Origin: Spirochaetia bacterium
GTDB taxonomy: Bacteria > Spirochaetota > Spirochaetia > DSM-2461
Reading direction: 5' to 3'
Assembly (NCBI GenBank): GCA_963666985.2
Contig: CAXXIA010000001.1
Coordinates: forward strand, 704,001 to 768,000
Length of the DNA: 64,000 nt
How positions within the stretch are numbered: the stretch's first letter is position 1; every line of letters starts with the position of its first letter. Positions 30,006 to 37,875 of this stretch are shown here, piece by piece. A program made the position numbers and the translations under genes. The notes under the pieces were generated by a model. It did no database searches and was not told the DNA's origin. It worked only from the letters and a program-made list of their open reading frames with translations.

Positions 30006-30751
30006 TTCTCGACCAGTTCAGCCTGGGTTCCGTCGGCGAATACGGCGGCGAGACCTTTGTTGATAAGGCTCAGAAGCTCTTCATTGCCTTTGCGGATGGC
30101 GATGCCGAATTCTTCCTCGGTGAAGGGTTCGCCCAGGATTTCGAGCTTTCCCTTGAAATTCTCATTGGCGGCGACATAGTCGATGGCGGTAACCGAATCG
30201 CAGACAACGGCGTTCAGGTTCCCGTTGACTAAGTCTTCAACGGCCAAACCGACATCGTCATAAGCTCTTCTATCTACGCTCGGGACTTCTTCCACGGCGA
30301 AATCGCCGGTGGTGCCCTGCTGAACGCCGACCTTTTTACCGGCGAAATCGGAAAGTTTCTCACCGCCCGAATAACCGGCCGGGACAATCAGAATCTGACC
30401 GGCGTTAATGTAGGGATTGGAAAAATCCATCGTGGCTTTGCGTTCTTCGGTAATAGTGACCGAGCTGATGATCGCATCGTAGGCACCGTTGGCCAGTCCG
30501 GCGAAGATGCCGTCCCAAGCCGTATTTTCCACTTCGTATTCGAATCCCGCGGCTTTTGCCACGGCCTCAAGAAGGTCCATGTCGAATCCGACGATATCTC
30601 CGTTGTCATCCACGTATTCCATCGGGGGCCAGGTGGCATCCGATGCGAAGACATAAACCGTGCCTCCATCCGAATCGGAACCGCCGTTTGCGAAAGCGGG
30701 TCCGGCGATGAGAGCCAGCAAGATCGTCAGAGCAAGAAAGCTTTTTTTCAT
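29993..30751 (-). CDS. Polar (probably basic) amino-acid ABC substrate-binding protein
   Basis: Signal peptide ending AFANG; DATWPPMEY, GFDMDL, ITEER..MDFS.PY. Start set at 30751. Confidence 0.92.
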   Translation of the reverse strand: MKKSFLALTILLALIAGPAFANGGSDSDGGTVYVFASDATWPPMEYVDDNGDIVGFDMDLLEAVAKAAGFEYEVENTAWDGIFAGLANGAYDAIISSVTITEERKATMDFSNPYINAGQILIVPAGYSGGEKLSDFAGKKVGVQQGTTGDFAVEEVPSVDRRAYDDVGLAVEDLVNGNLNAVVCDSVTAIDYVAANENFKGKLEILGEPFTEEEFGIAIRKGNEELLSLINKGLAAVFADGTQAELVEKWLR

Positions 30752-31007
30752 TACGTTCTCCTTATTTAAATCCGTCTCGATTGAATCAAGCCAAATGATT
30801 TTATACACGATGACCGATGAGAGCGAAAGGTTTACGGCAAAAAATATTTTTAAATTGAACGGATATCGTGCTTCGCCCGGGGTGTTTCTTACTTCCAGGT
30901 AGGTTATGAACGGATTTTCCCGATATTTTAAGTTCGCGGAGGGAAAGCACGGTACGGTGAAGATCGATTCTTAAAGCGCGGATGAAATTTCAGGTGCATG
31001 CGGGTGG

Positions 31008-31033
31008 GGTAAGGGACCGCAAGGCCCCTTACC
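31008..31033. terminator. GC-rich hairpin at the end of the catabolic operon
   Basis: GGTAAGGG-ACC-GCAA-GGC-CCCTTACC, just past the BKACE stop; no clear U-tract. Confidence 0.45.
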
Positions 31034-31039
31034 GCCGGC

Positions 31040-31888
31040 TTATCGATTCAGAGAGAGTATTTCTCTTGCCTCCATAGGAGTGGCCGCTTCACAGCCGTAC
31101 TCTTCAATGATTCGTTTGGCGCGGGCGACAAACTGCATATTGCTCTCGGCCAGCTGTCCCTTCTTATAGAGAACATTATCTTCCATGCCCACACGGATGT
31201 TTCCGCCCAGGGCGATGCCGGCGTACATCGTTTCCATGGCTCCCGCTCCCACACCGAAGGTTGACCACGTGGAACCGGGAGCGACTTCTTCCATGGATTC
31301 CTTCATGAATACCAGGTTTTTCGTGCTTGCTTTTATACCGCCGGCAACACCCATGCAGAACTGAAAATGCAGAGGAGCTTTCAGAACGCCTTTCTTCAGA
31401 TAATAAGCCGCATTGTAAATCATGCCGGGATCGAAAACTTCAATCTCGGGCTTCACGCCGACTTCCTGCATCATCGTTCCGAGTTTTTCGAGGAATTGCG
31501 GATTGTTTTCGAAAACGGCCGAGTGCTGCCAGTTCATGGTGCCGCAGTCGAACGTGGCGATTTCCGGCTTCAACTCATAAAAAGGTTTGAGGCGGTCCTC
31601 CTCTTTCAGGTTGATGCCGCCGGATGTTGTAAGGTTGATGATGATATCGCAGTCCGAACGTGATTTGAGTAATTGAACGGTTTCTTTAAATTTGTTGAAA
31701 TCCATACAGGGCCGGGATTCATCGTCCCTCACGTGGATATGACAGATGGCGGCACCTTCTTTCCAGCAGTTGTAGATTTCTTCCGCGATTTCTTCAGGTT
31801 GAAGCGGAACATTCGGATTGTTTTCTTTTGTGGGCCATGCACCCGTTGTTGCAACGGTTATAATGCGTTTATTTTTTAGATCATTCAT
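31040..31888 (-). CDS. Beta-keto acid cleavage enzyme (BKACE/DUF849 family)
   Basis: ITVATTGA, PEEIA, HIHVRD (Zn ligands), PEIEVFD.G, GGNIRVGMEDN. Start set at ATG 31888. Confidence 0.92.
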   Translation of the reverse strand: MNDLKNKRIITVATTGAWPTKENNPNVPLQPEEIAEEIYNCWKEGAAICHIHVRDDESRPCMDFNKFKETVQLLKSRSDCDIIINLTTSGGINLKEEDRLKPFYELKPEIATFDCGTMNWQHSAVFENNPQFLEKLGTMMQEVGVKPEIEVFDPGMIYNAAYYLKKGVLKAPLHFQFCMGVAGGIKASTKNLVFMKESMEEVAPGSTWSTFGVGAGAMETMYAGIALGGNIRVGMEDNVLYKKGQLAESNMQFVARAKRIIEEYGCEAATPMEAREILSLNR

Positions 31889-31905
31889 ACGTTTTTCCTT
31901 CTTTA

Positions 31906-33072
31906 TTAAGTCAATCGTTCGAAAATACCCGCGGCGCCCATACCGCCGCCTACGCACATGCTGACCATGCCGTAGCGTCCCCCGGTCCGTTCCAGAAAGG
32001 ATAATGCTTTGCAGGAAAGCATGGCTCCCGTAGCGCCCAGAGGATGTCCCAGCGCCATTGCGCCGCCCCAGGGATTAACCTTTTCGGGATTCAGTCCCAG
32101 AGTACGGATACAGGCCAGAGCCTGAGACGCGAAGGCTTCGTTCAGCTCGATAACATCCATATCGGCCGCTGAAAGTCCGGTTTTCTTCAATACTTTCGGA
32201 ATGGCTTCAATCGGACCTATTCCCATGATTTCCGTCGGAACACCGGCGGTGGCATAGGAAATGAGCCGCGCCAAGGGCCGAATCCCTTTCTCGGCGGCTT
32301 TGTCGGCGCTCATCAATACGGCAAACCCCGCTCCGTCCGTCATCTGAGAGGAGGTTGCCGCCGTAACGATTCCATCTTCCTTGAAACATGGAACCAATTC
32401 GGCGAGAGCTTCCATTGTGGTCGCGGGGCGAATCCCTTCGTCGCGAATTATCGCTGGATTGGTTCCGTTTTCGTCCGGTACGGTAACCGGAATAACGTGA
32501 TCGTCAAAGAAGCCGGCCTTCTGAGCCTCGGCCGCCCGCCGATGGCTCTCCACGGCCATGGATTCCATTTCTTCGCGTGTGATTCCGTACTCTTGCGCAA
32601 CATTCTCAGCCGTCAATCCCATGGCGATATAGGCGCCCGGCCGGTTTTTTTCCAGCCAGGGATTGAATGTTTCGGGAGAGGGCGCCATGGGTACCAGACT
32701 CATTGATTCCACGCCGCCCGCGACGATGATCTCTTCTTCTCCGCATCGAATACTGTTATTGGCGGATGCGATGGCCTGGAGTCCCGAAGAACAAAATCGA
32801 TTAATCGTTTGAGAAGAAACACTGTCCGGAAATTCGGCTCTCTGTAAAATGAGCTTGGAAATATTCCAGCCCTGAACACCGAAGGGCATCGCACAGCCGA
32901 CGATAACATCGTCGATTTCCTTCGGATGCAGCGAGGGGATTTTTTTGAGAACTCCCGTAAGCGCCTGTGCTCCAAATTCAACGGGATGAAGGTTCGAAAA
33001 AGATCCCTTTTTTGCCTTTGCGCATGCGGTTCTTCCGTACGCGACAATAACGGCATCATTCGATTTAAGCAT
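31906..33072 (-). CDS. Thiolase (acetyl-CoA C-acyltransferase)
   Basis: INRFCSSGLQ, NEAFA, GHPLGATG, MCVGGGMG. Confidence 0.96.
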   Translation of the reverse strand: MLKSNDAVIVAYGRTACAKAKKGSFSNLHPVEFGAQALTGVLKKIPSLHPKEIDDVIVGCAMPFGVQGWNISKLILQRAEFPDSVSSQTINRFCSSGLQAIASANNSIRCGEEEIIVAGGVESMSLVPMAPSPETFNPWLEKNRPGAYIAMGLTAENVAQEYGITREEMESMAVESHRRAAEAQKAGFFDDHVIPVTVPDENGTNPAIIRDEGIRPATTMEALAELVPCFKEDGIVTAATSSQMTDGAGFAVLMSADKAAEKGIRPLARLISYATAGVPTEIMGIGPIEAIPKVLKKTGLSAADMDVIELNEAFASQALACIRTLGLNPEKVNPWGGAMALGHPLGATGAMLSCKALSFLERTGGRYGMVSMCVGGGMGAAGIFERLT

Positions 33073-33089
33073 ACTGATTCTCTTTCTTT

Positions 33090-34499
33090 TTACTTGAGGT
33101 TGTACTGATTCATTTTCTGATAAAGGACATTACGCGAAATGCCTAAGAGCTCCGCTGTTCTCACCCGATTTCCTTCGGCCGCGGTCAGAGCATCCTTAAC
33201 AAGCTCGCGTTCGAAAACACGCTTGGCGGACTTGAGATGATAAACGGACGTTTCAGGTGATGATGTGCGATTCTTTACATACATTCGCTTGATGAGCCGA
33301 TCAAAATCTTTTTTCCGCAGAGTAGGCGAATCGGCCATATTCATCGCGCTTTCGATGACGTTCTGCAATTCCCTGACATTCCCCGGCCAGTCGTGTTCCA
33401 ACAGAATATTCATGACTTCCGGTTCCACGCTTTCGATAACCATTCCAAGTTGAAGATTCAGCTTTTGGATCAGGTGCGTTACCAACAAGGGGATATCTTC
33501 TTTCCTGGAGCGCAGAGGCTCGGCTTGAATCCGGATGACATTCAATCGAAAAAACAAATCGCTTCGAAATTGACCGATTTCCACAAGATTTTCCAAAGAT
33601 ACATTCGAAGCCGCGATAACGCGAACATCGATGGGAACGCTTTTATTTCCGCCCACCGGATCAACTTCCATTTCCTGTATGACTCGGAGAAACTTCGGCT
33701 GCATCGTCGCCGTAAGAAGATTAACTTCGTCAAGGAAGATCGATCCGCCGTCGGCAAGTTCAAATCGTCCTATTTTTCCTCTCTTCGAGGCACCGGTAAA
33801 AGCTCCCGCGGCATACCCGAAGAATTCGGATTCCATAAGATCGCCCGGAATAGCGGAACAGTTGACCCGAACAAACCGGGATGTTCTTCGGGGGCTTGCG
33901 GCATGAATGGCATGAGCGATCAATTCCTTACCGCAGCCTGTTTCCCCTTCGATAAGAACGGTTGAGGATGATCGGGCCGCCTGAATAATCTGTTCCTTTA
34001 AATGACGAATCGATTCGCTTTTCCCGATGATATTGTCCAATCCGTAACGGGCTCCGCGTTCTCGGGAAAGCTCATGTTTATAGAAATCCAACTCACGCGT
34101 CAGCGTGTTGATTTGCTGAATGACTTGCTGAGCATTCGTCAATCCGTTGATAATGACATAAAGGAAAACACCGGACACGGTACCGTCGGGCGCGAATCGG
34201 GGAATATATGTGGTAAATGCCGGGATTTGCCGGCAGCATACCGGATTGCCGAAAACCGGCTTTCCCGTGCGAAGAACCTCACCGGCGGCCGTGTCGGGGA
34301 TAATGTCCCAAACTCTTTGTCCGATAACCTCATCGGCTGAAAATCCCGTATATCGTTCCCAGCCGGGACTGACGAAGGTGTACAGTCCTTCGCCGTCCAG
34401 TACCGCCATGATGAGATCGTTGATGAATTCCATTGCGGTTTCATGATCCAAACATTTCCGCAATGCGCATCCCCCTCTTTCCCGTTTACCGTATTCCAT
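33090..34499 (-). CDS. PAS-domain sigma54-dependent activator
   Basis: N-terminal PAS domain, GETGCGKE, GAFTGA, WPGNVRELQN, Fis-type HTH. Confidence 0.93.
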   Translation of the reverse strand: MEYGKRERGGCALRKCLDHETAMEFINDLIMAVLDGEGLYTFVSPGWERYTGFSADEVIGQRVWDIIPDTAAGEVLRTGKPVFGNPVCCRQIPAFTTYIPRFAPDGTVSGVFLYVIINGLTNAQQVIQQINTLTRELDFYKHELSRERGARYGLDNIIGKSESIRHLKEQIIQAARSSSTVLIEGETGCGKELIAHAIHAASPRRTSRFVRVNCSAIPGDLMESEFFGYAAGAFTGASKRGKIGRFELADGGSIFLDEVNLLTATMQPKFLRVIQEMEVDPVGGNKSVPIDVRVIAASNVSLENLVEIGQFRSDLFFRLNVIRIQAEPLRSRKEDIPLLVTHLIQKLNLQLGMVIESVEPEVMNILLEHDWPGNVRELQNVIESAMNMADSPTLRKKDFDRLIKRMYVKNRTSSPETSVYHLKSAKRVFERELVKDALTAAEGNRVRTAELLGISRNVLYQKMNQYNLK

Positions 34500-34580
34500 G
34501 ATTATACAGCAACTTTTTCCCCGGATAACCGTGTCGTTGCCGGTGTACCTTTATTTTGTTCGCCGATATGGTTCTGCGGA

Positions 34581-36548
34581 TTATGAATACTTCTTTGCCG
34601 CCGCGGAACCTTTTTCCGTAATTCTTAACTTGCGCTTAAACAAACCTTTTTCCACGATATACCCCTGACGGGTCAGATGAGCGGAAATGGCGGCCATATG
34701 CATTGATTTAATCGAATGCTTTTTCACGAAATCGGCCTGATTCTCCGGATTGTTTTCCACCAGATTAAGGAGTTCGATATAAACGGGCGTGAGTCCTTCC
34801 TGCGCCATCTCGGCTTCGGAACCCTTCAAACCCGGAAGAGCGGCCGAGCCTTTTTCCGTGATGGAAAAAGTAAAGAACTTAATGCCGTTTTTCCCTTCTC
34901 TGACAATGTATCCGCCTTTATCAAGTGTTTCGATCGCGGCCGATGAGGTTTTTGAGTCGACGCCGAGCGTATCGGTAATATCCGACATATAGAGATGTCC
35001 GACACGGATTAATTGAAGAACTTGCTTCGCCATGTCGTCCAATTCCACATTGATTCGATTGGAATCGGTGGGAACCAGTTCCCAATTCTTTTCTCCGTAA
35101 TATTTCGGTTTGTCCGTCAAGGTGGCGATAACGGCGACAACAAGAGTAATAATAAATCCAAACGTTGCCAGGAAAATGTGCTGGTTAATTTGGAAAACAT
35201 GAAGAATTGTTCCCAGGACGGTGAAAGTCGCCATGGAAATCATTCCCGCCGAAGCGCCCCAGAGAGCTCCTCGGGCATTGAAGCGGGGCCATACGGCGCC
35301 CAATCCCAACAGAATCGCCGGGGGAACCAGCCAGCAGTTGGAGAAGGCGAACAGGTATGTGGGACCGCCCGGGAATTGACAAAGAATCCAGGTGAGAACG
35401 CCGATGGCGACCATGATATATTTGGAAGCCCTCAGTCCCTGTTCTTTCGTGGCATTGGAATTGATGAGGCGCTGATAAATATCGCGGGTTGCCACCGCGG
35501 AAGCTCCGAGAGTGGCCGTGGAGGCGGTAGAAATGGAAGCGGCAACGGCTCCGATAACGAAGAATGATCCCAAAAAGGGTACGAACACTTTAACGATAAC
35601 ACCATAGGCGGCCGTTTGAGGTAAGCTTCCGCCTCCGGGAATGAAGCTGTCTCCGAAAAAGGCGCCCGCGTAAGCTCCCACGATGCCTAAAGGAATCATG
35701 AAAAGAAGAGACAGGATGACGGCGGCCAGAACGAAAGACTTTCTTGCGACTTTTTCGCTTCGGCAGGAAGCCACTTTCATCCAGTAGTAGTTGTTTCCCC
35801 AGACAAGAGCGGCGGCGAAGCAGATGATGAAATTCAATATGGACGGATAGGTTAATTTTCCTCCCGGCAGCTTGGCTCCGCCGATACCGGCGGCGACGAA
35901 GTTCCCGCCGGGCCAAGCGGCGTTAATCGCATCGAAACCGCCGAATTTCTTGATAAGGAGAGTCAGAAGAAGCGGAACGGCCACAACACCGATAACAACC
36001 TGGAAAAAGTCGGTGATGGTCGCGGCCCAGAGACCGGAAATAAACGTAAAGCCGATAATGATTATGAAAATAACGGCGACGATGATAATCTGATTCCATC
36101 CTGTGAATCCCGTGATTGTATTGGCACAGGAGACGATGTTGTTGGCAAGAATGCCGGTCATGCCGATTACGCTGGTAATCGCGACGACGGAGCGGACCGT
36201 GCTGTTGTATCTCATTTCAAGATATTCGGGCAGGGTTTGAGCGCCGCAGCGGCGGATAAACCGGGCAAAGACCAAGCCGAACAGCATGAGACCGCAGATC
36301 GCGTAGATCAATCCCCAAAACAGGGATGCTCTGTATCCCATTAAAACGGTGAAACCCGGTGCGAGCGCGATGGTCGTACCGGCGAATCCGATGGCGCAGA
36401 CTCCCATCATGTTGATGACAGTCGACACTTCGCGTCCGGCAAGAATGAAGTCGGAAGACTCGGACACCCAGCGTTTTGAGTAAATGCCGGCGCCTACGAG
36501 AATCGAAGCGAAGACGATGAACATGATCAGGAAAATGGTTGTTGTCAT
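34581..36548 (-). CDS. Sodium:solute symporter fused to two C-terminal winged-helix-like domains
   Basis: SSS motifs (DFILAGR, TLPEYLEMRYN, GLWA..ITDFFQ, AASISTAS) and about 13 hydrophobic segments, then a soluble tail of about 175 aa with two GYIV...ITEKGSAA repeats. Confidence 0.88.
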   Translation of the reverse strand: MTTTIFLIMFIVFASILVGAGIYSKRWVSESSDFILAGREVSTVINMMGVCAIGFAGTTIALAPGFTVLMGYRASLFWGLIYAICGLMLFGLVFARFIRRCGAQTLPEYLEMRYNSTVRSVVAITSVIGMTGILANNIVSCANTITGFTGWNQIIIVAVIFIIIIGFTFISGLWAATITDFFQVVIGVVAVPLLLTLLIKKFGGFDAINAAWPGGNFVAAGIGGAKLPGGKLTYPSILNFIICFAAALVWGNNYYWMKVASCRSEKVARKSFVLAAVILSLLFMIPLGIVGAYAGAFFGDSFIPGGGSLPQTAAYGVIVKVFVPFLGSFFVIGAVAASISTASTATLGASAVATRDIYQRLINSNATKEQGLRASKYIMVAIGVLTWILCQFPGGPTYLFAFSNCWLVPPAILLGLGAVWPRFNARGALWGASAGMISMATFTVLGTILHVFQINQHIFLATFGFIITLVVAVIATLTDKPKYYGEKNWELVPTDSNRINVELDDMAKQVLQLIRVGHLYMSDITDTLGVDSKTSSAAIETLDKGGYIVREGKNGIKFFTFSITEKGSAALPGLKGSEAEMAQEGLTPVYIELLNLVENNPENQADFVKKHSIKSMHMAAISAHLTRQGYIVEKGLFKRKLRITEKGSAAAKKYS

Positions 36549-36609
36549 AATAACCCCTTTTCGTTTTTAGAAATCACCGGTTTAAAAAATCAAACCGGTA
36601 AATGTCGTG

Positions 36610-37377
36610 TTAATCCAGAATGGCTACGGCACGGCACCAGCCGGCGGATGCTTTCTTGATATTTATAGGGAGACAATGAACGGTAAATCCGGTGAGAGGA
36701 AGTTTGTCCAAATTCGTCAGTTTCTCAATATGACAATAAGCCTTATCCCGACCGACGCGGTGGGCTTCCCAAATGATGGAAGGATCATGATTTTGGGAAA
36801 ATTCCTCTCCTTCAAAAGGAAGGGGAACGTCCCAGCTCCAGCCGTCGGTACCGACGACTTTCACGCCGCGGTCGAGAAGCCACATCGTCGATTCGTAGCT
36901 CATGCCGGCTCCGGCCGAGAGATATTTCGGTGTTCCCCAATGTGCGTCGGCTCCGGTTCGCAGGAGAACGATATCTCCTTCCTGCGGAATGTAATTCACG
37001 CTGTTGAAATATTCTTCAACGTCGGCCGCGCTGATTTTGTATCCGTCAGGCTTCGACGAAAAGTCCATTTTTACACCGTTCCCGATACACCATTCCAGAG
37101 GGACTTGATCGATGGTCCATGCCGCCTCCCCGCCGTTTTGCGTGGGATAATAGTGCCACGGAGCGTCGATATGGGTTCCCGAATGAGTACAAACCTGTAA
37201 AAAGTCGATGGCCCAGCCGTTTCCTTCCGGTAAATCATCGACGGTCGCGCCTTTGAAGAAACCGGCCATTTGTTCGGCCGTTTCTTTATGATTTAAATAT
37301 TGAATCTTCGGTATCTGCATGGGAGGGTCGCTCGGCAGACCGTCTTCGAGCGCAATTGATAAGTCAATAATTTTCAT
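36610..37377 (-). CDS. Cyclase-family metal-dependent hydrolase (KynB/isatin hydrolase-like)
   Basis: IIDLS, HSGTHIDAPWH, GDIVLLRTG, VGTD, HIEKLTNLD.LP, RAVA. Confidence 0.92.
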   Translation of the reverse strand: MKIIDLSIALEDGLPSDPPMQIPKIQYLNHKETAEQMAGFFKGATVDDLPEGNGWAIDFLQVCTHSGTHIDAPWHYYPTQNGGEAAWTIDQVPLEWCIGNGVKMDFSSKPDGYKISAADVEEYFNSVNYIPQEGDIVLLRTGADAHWGTPKYLSAGAGMSYESTMWLLDRGVKVVGTDGWSWDVPLPFEGEEFSQNHDPSIIWEAHRVGRDKAYCHIEKLTNLDKLPLTGFTVHCLPINIKKASAGWCRAVAILD

Positions 37378-37429
37378 TCTGGCTTCTCCTGGAACTGTTG
37401 ATAAGAAATTGAGATCTCAGGAGTTTTAA

Positions 37430-37445
37430 AGCAAAAAATGTGCCA
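37430..37445 (-). promoter_or_regulatory. sigma54 promoter of the cyclase-SSS-activator-thiolase-BKACE operon
   Basis: Minus strand reads TGGCACATTTTTTGCT, a perfect TGGCAC-N5-TTGC. Confidence 0.85.
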
Positions 37446-37486
37446 TCCGATATTCGTCCGGCGTGTTTTCTTTCCTGTTAAAAAAT

Positions 37487-37644
37487 TGTAATCTTTCTTC
37501 GATTCCGCAAGGCTGGAAGAGAAGTGTAATGAAAAGAATACACCAAGAAAGAGCCTTTGAAGAATAATCTAATCAAATCATTATGTAATAACGAAATATT
37601 TTAAAATGTAATGTTTTTATTACGCAGACTCTCTTTTTATTACA
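37487..37644. promoter_or_regulatory. Candidate activator binding sites TGTAAT-N6-ATTACA
   Basis: TGTAATGAAAAGAATACA (37525-37542), TGTAATGTTTTTATTACG (37607-37624), plus half-sites at 37487, 37584 and 37639. Confidence 0.6.
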
Positions 37645-37666
37645 TTTTTGTCGCATCCATCCTCCG

Positions 37667-37696
37667 TTGACTGTCCGGAAAGGACGGGAGTATGCT
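37667..37696 (+). promoter_or_regulatory. sigma70 promoter of the pur operon
   Basis: TTGACT-N18-TATGCT upstream of the riboswitch. Confidence 0.55.
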
Positions 37697-37754
37697 TCCG
37701 ATATTGGACGGTTAAATAAGGCGTAATCCTTTAAAAAAATTAAGAGACTAAAAA

Positions 37755-37819
37755 GTCCATATAATCCCGCGATACGGGCGGAAGTTTCTACGGATCGCCG
37801 TAAACGATCCACTATGGGC
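37755..37819 (+). ncRNA. Purine (guanine-type) riboswitch
   Basis: GTCCATA-TAA-TCCCGC-GATACGG-GCGGAA-G-TTTCTAC-GGATCG-CCGTAAA-CGATCC-AC-TATGGGC: P1/P2/P3, conserved loops and junctions, C at the discriminator position. Confidence 0.93.
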
Positions 37820-37875
37820 GAACGGCCGCAACCTGCGTGTCTGGTGCGGGTGTTCCCCATTTATAATTCGGGGGA

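Noticed and set aside
30864..30955. Long-range pairing TATCGTGCTT/AAGCACGGTA upstream of the amino-acid ABC operon
   Set aside because: No riboswitch or T-box consensus, and the pairing is weaker on the transcribed minus strand; could be chance.
37573..37860. 95-aa minus-strand ORF
   Set aside because: Overlaps the riboswitch, promoter and enhancer sites; the region is regulatory.
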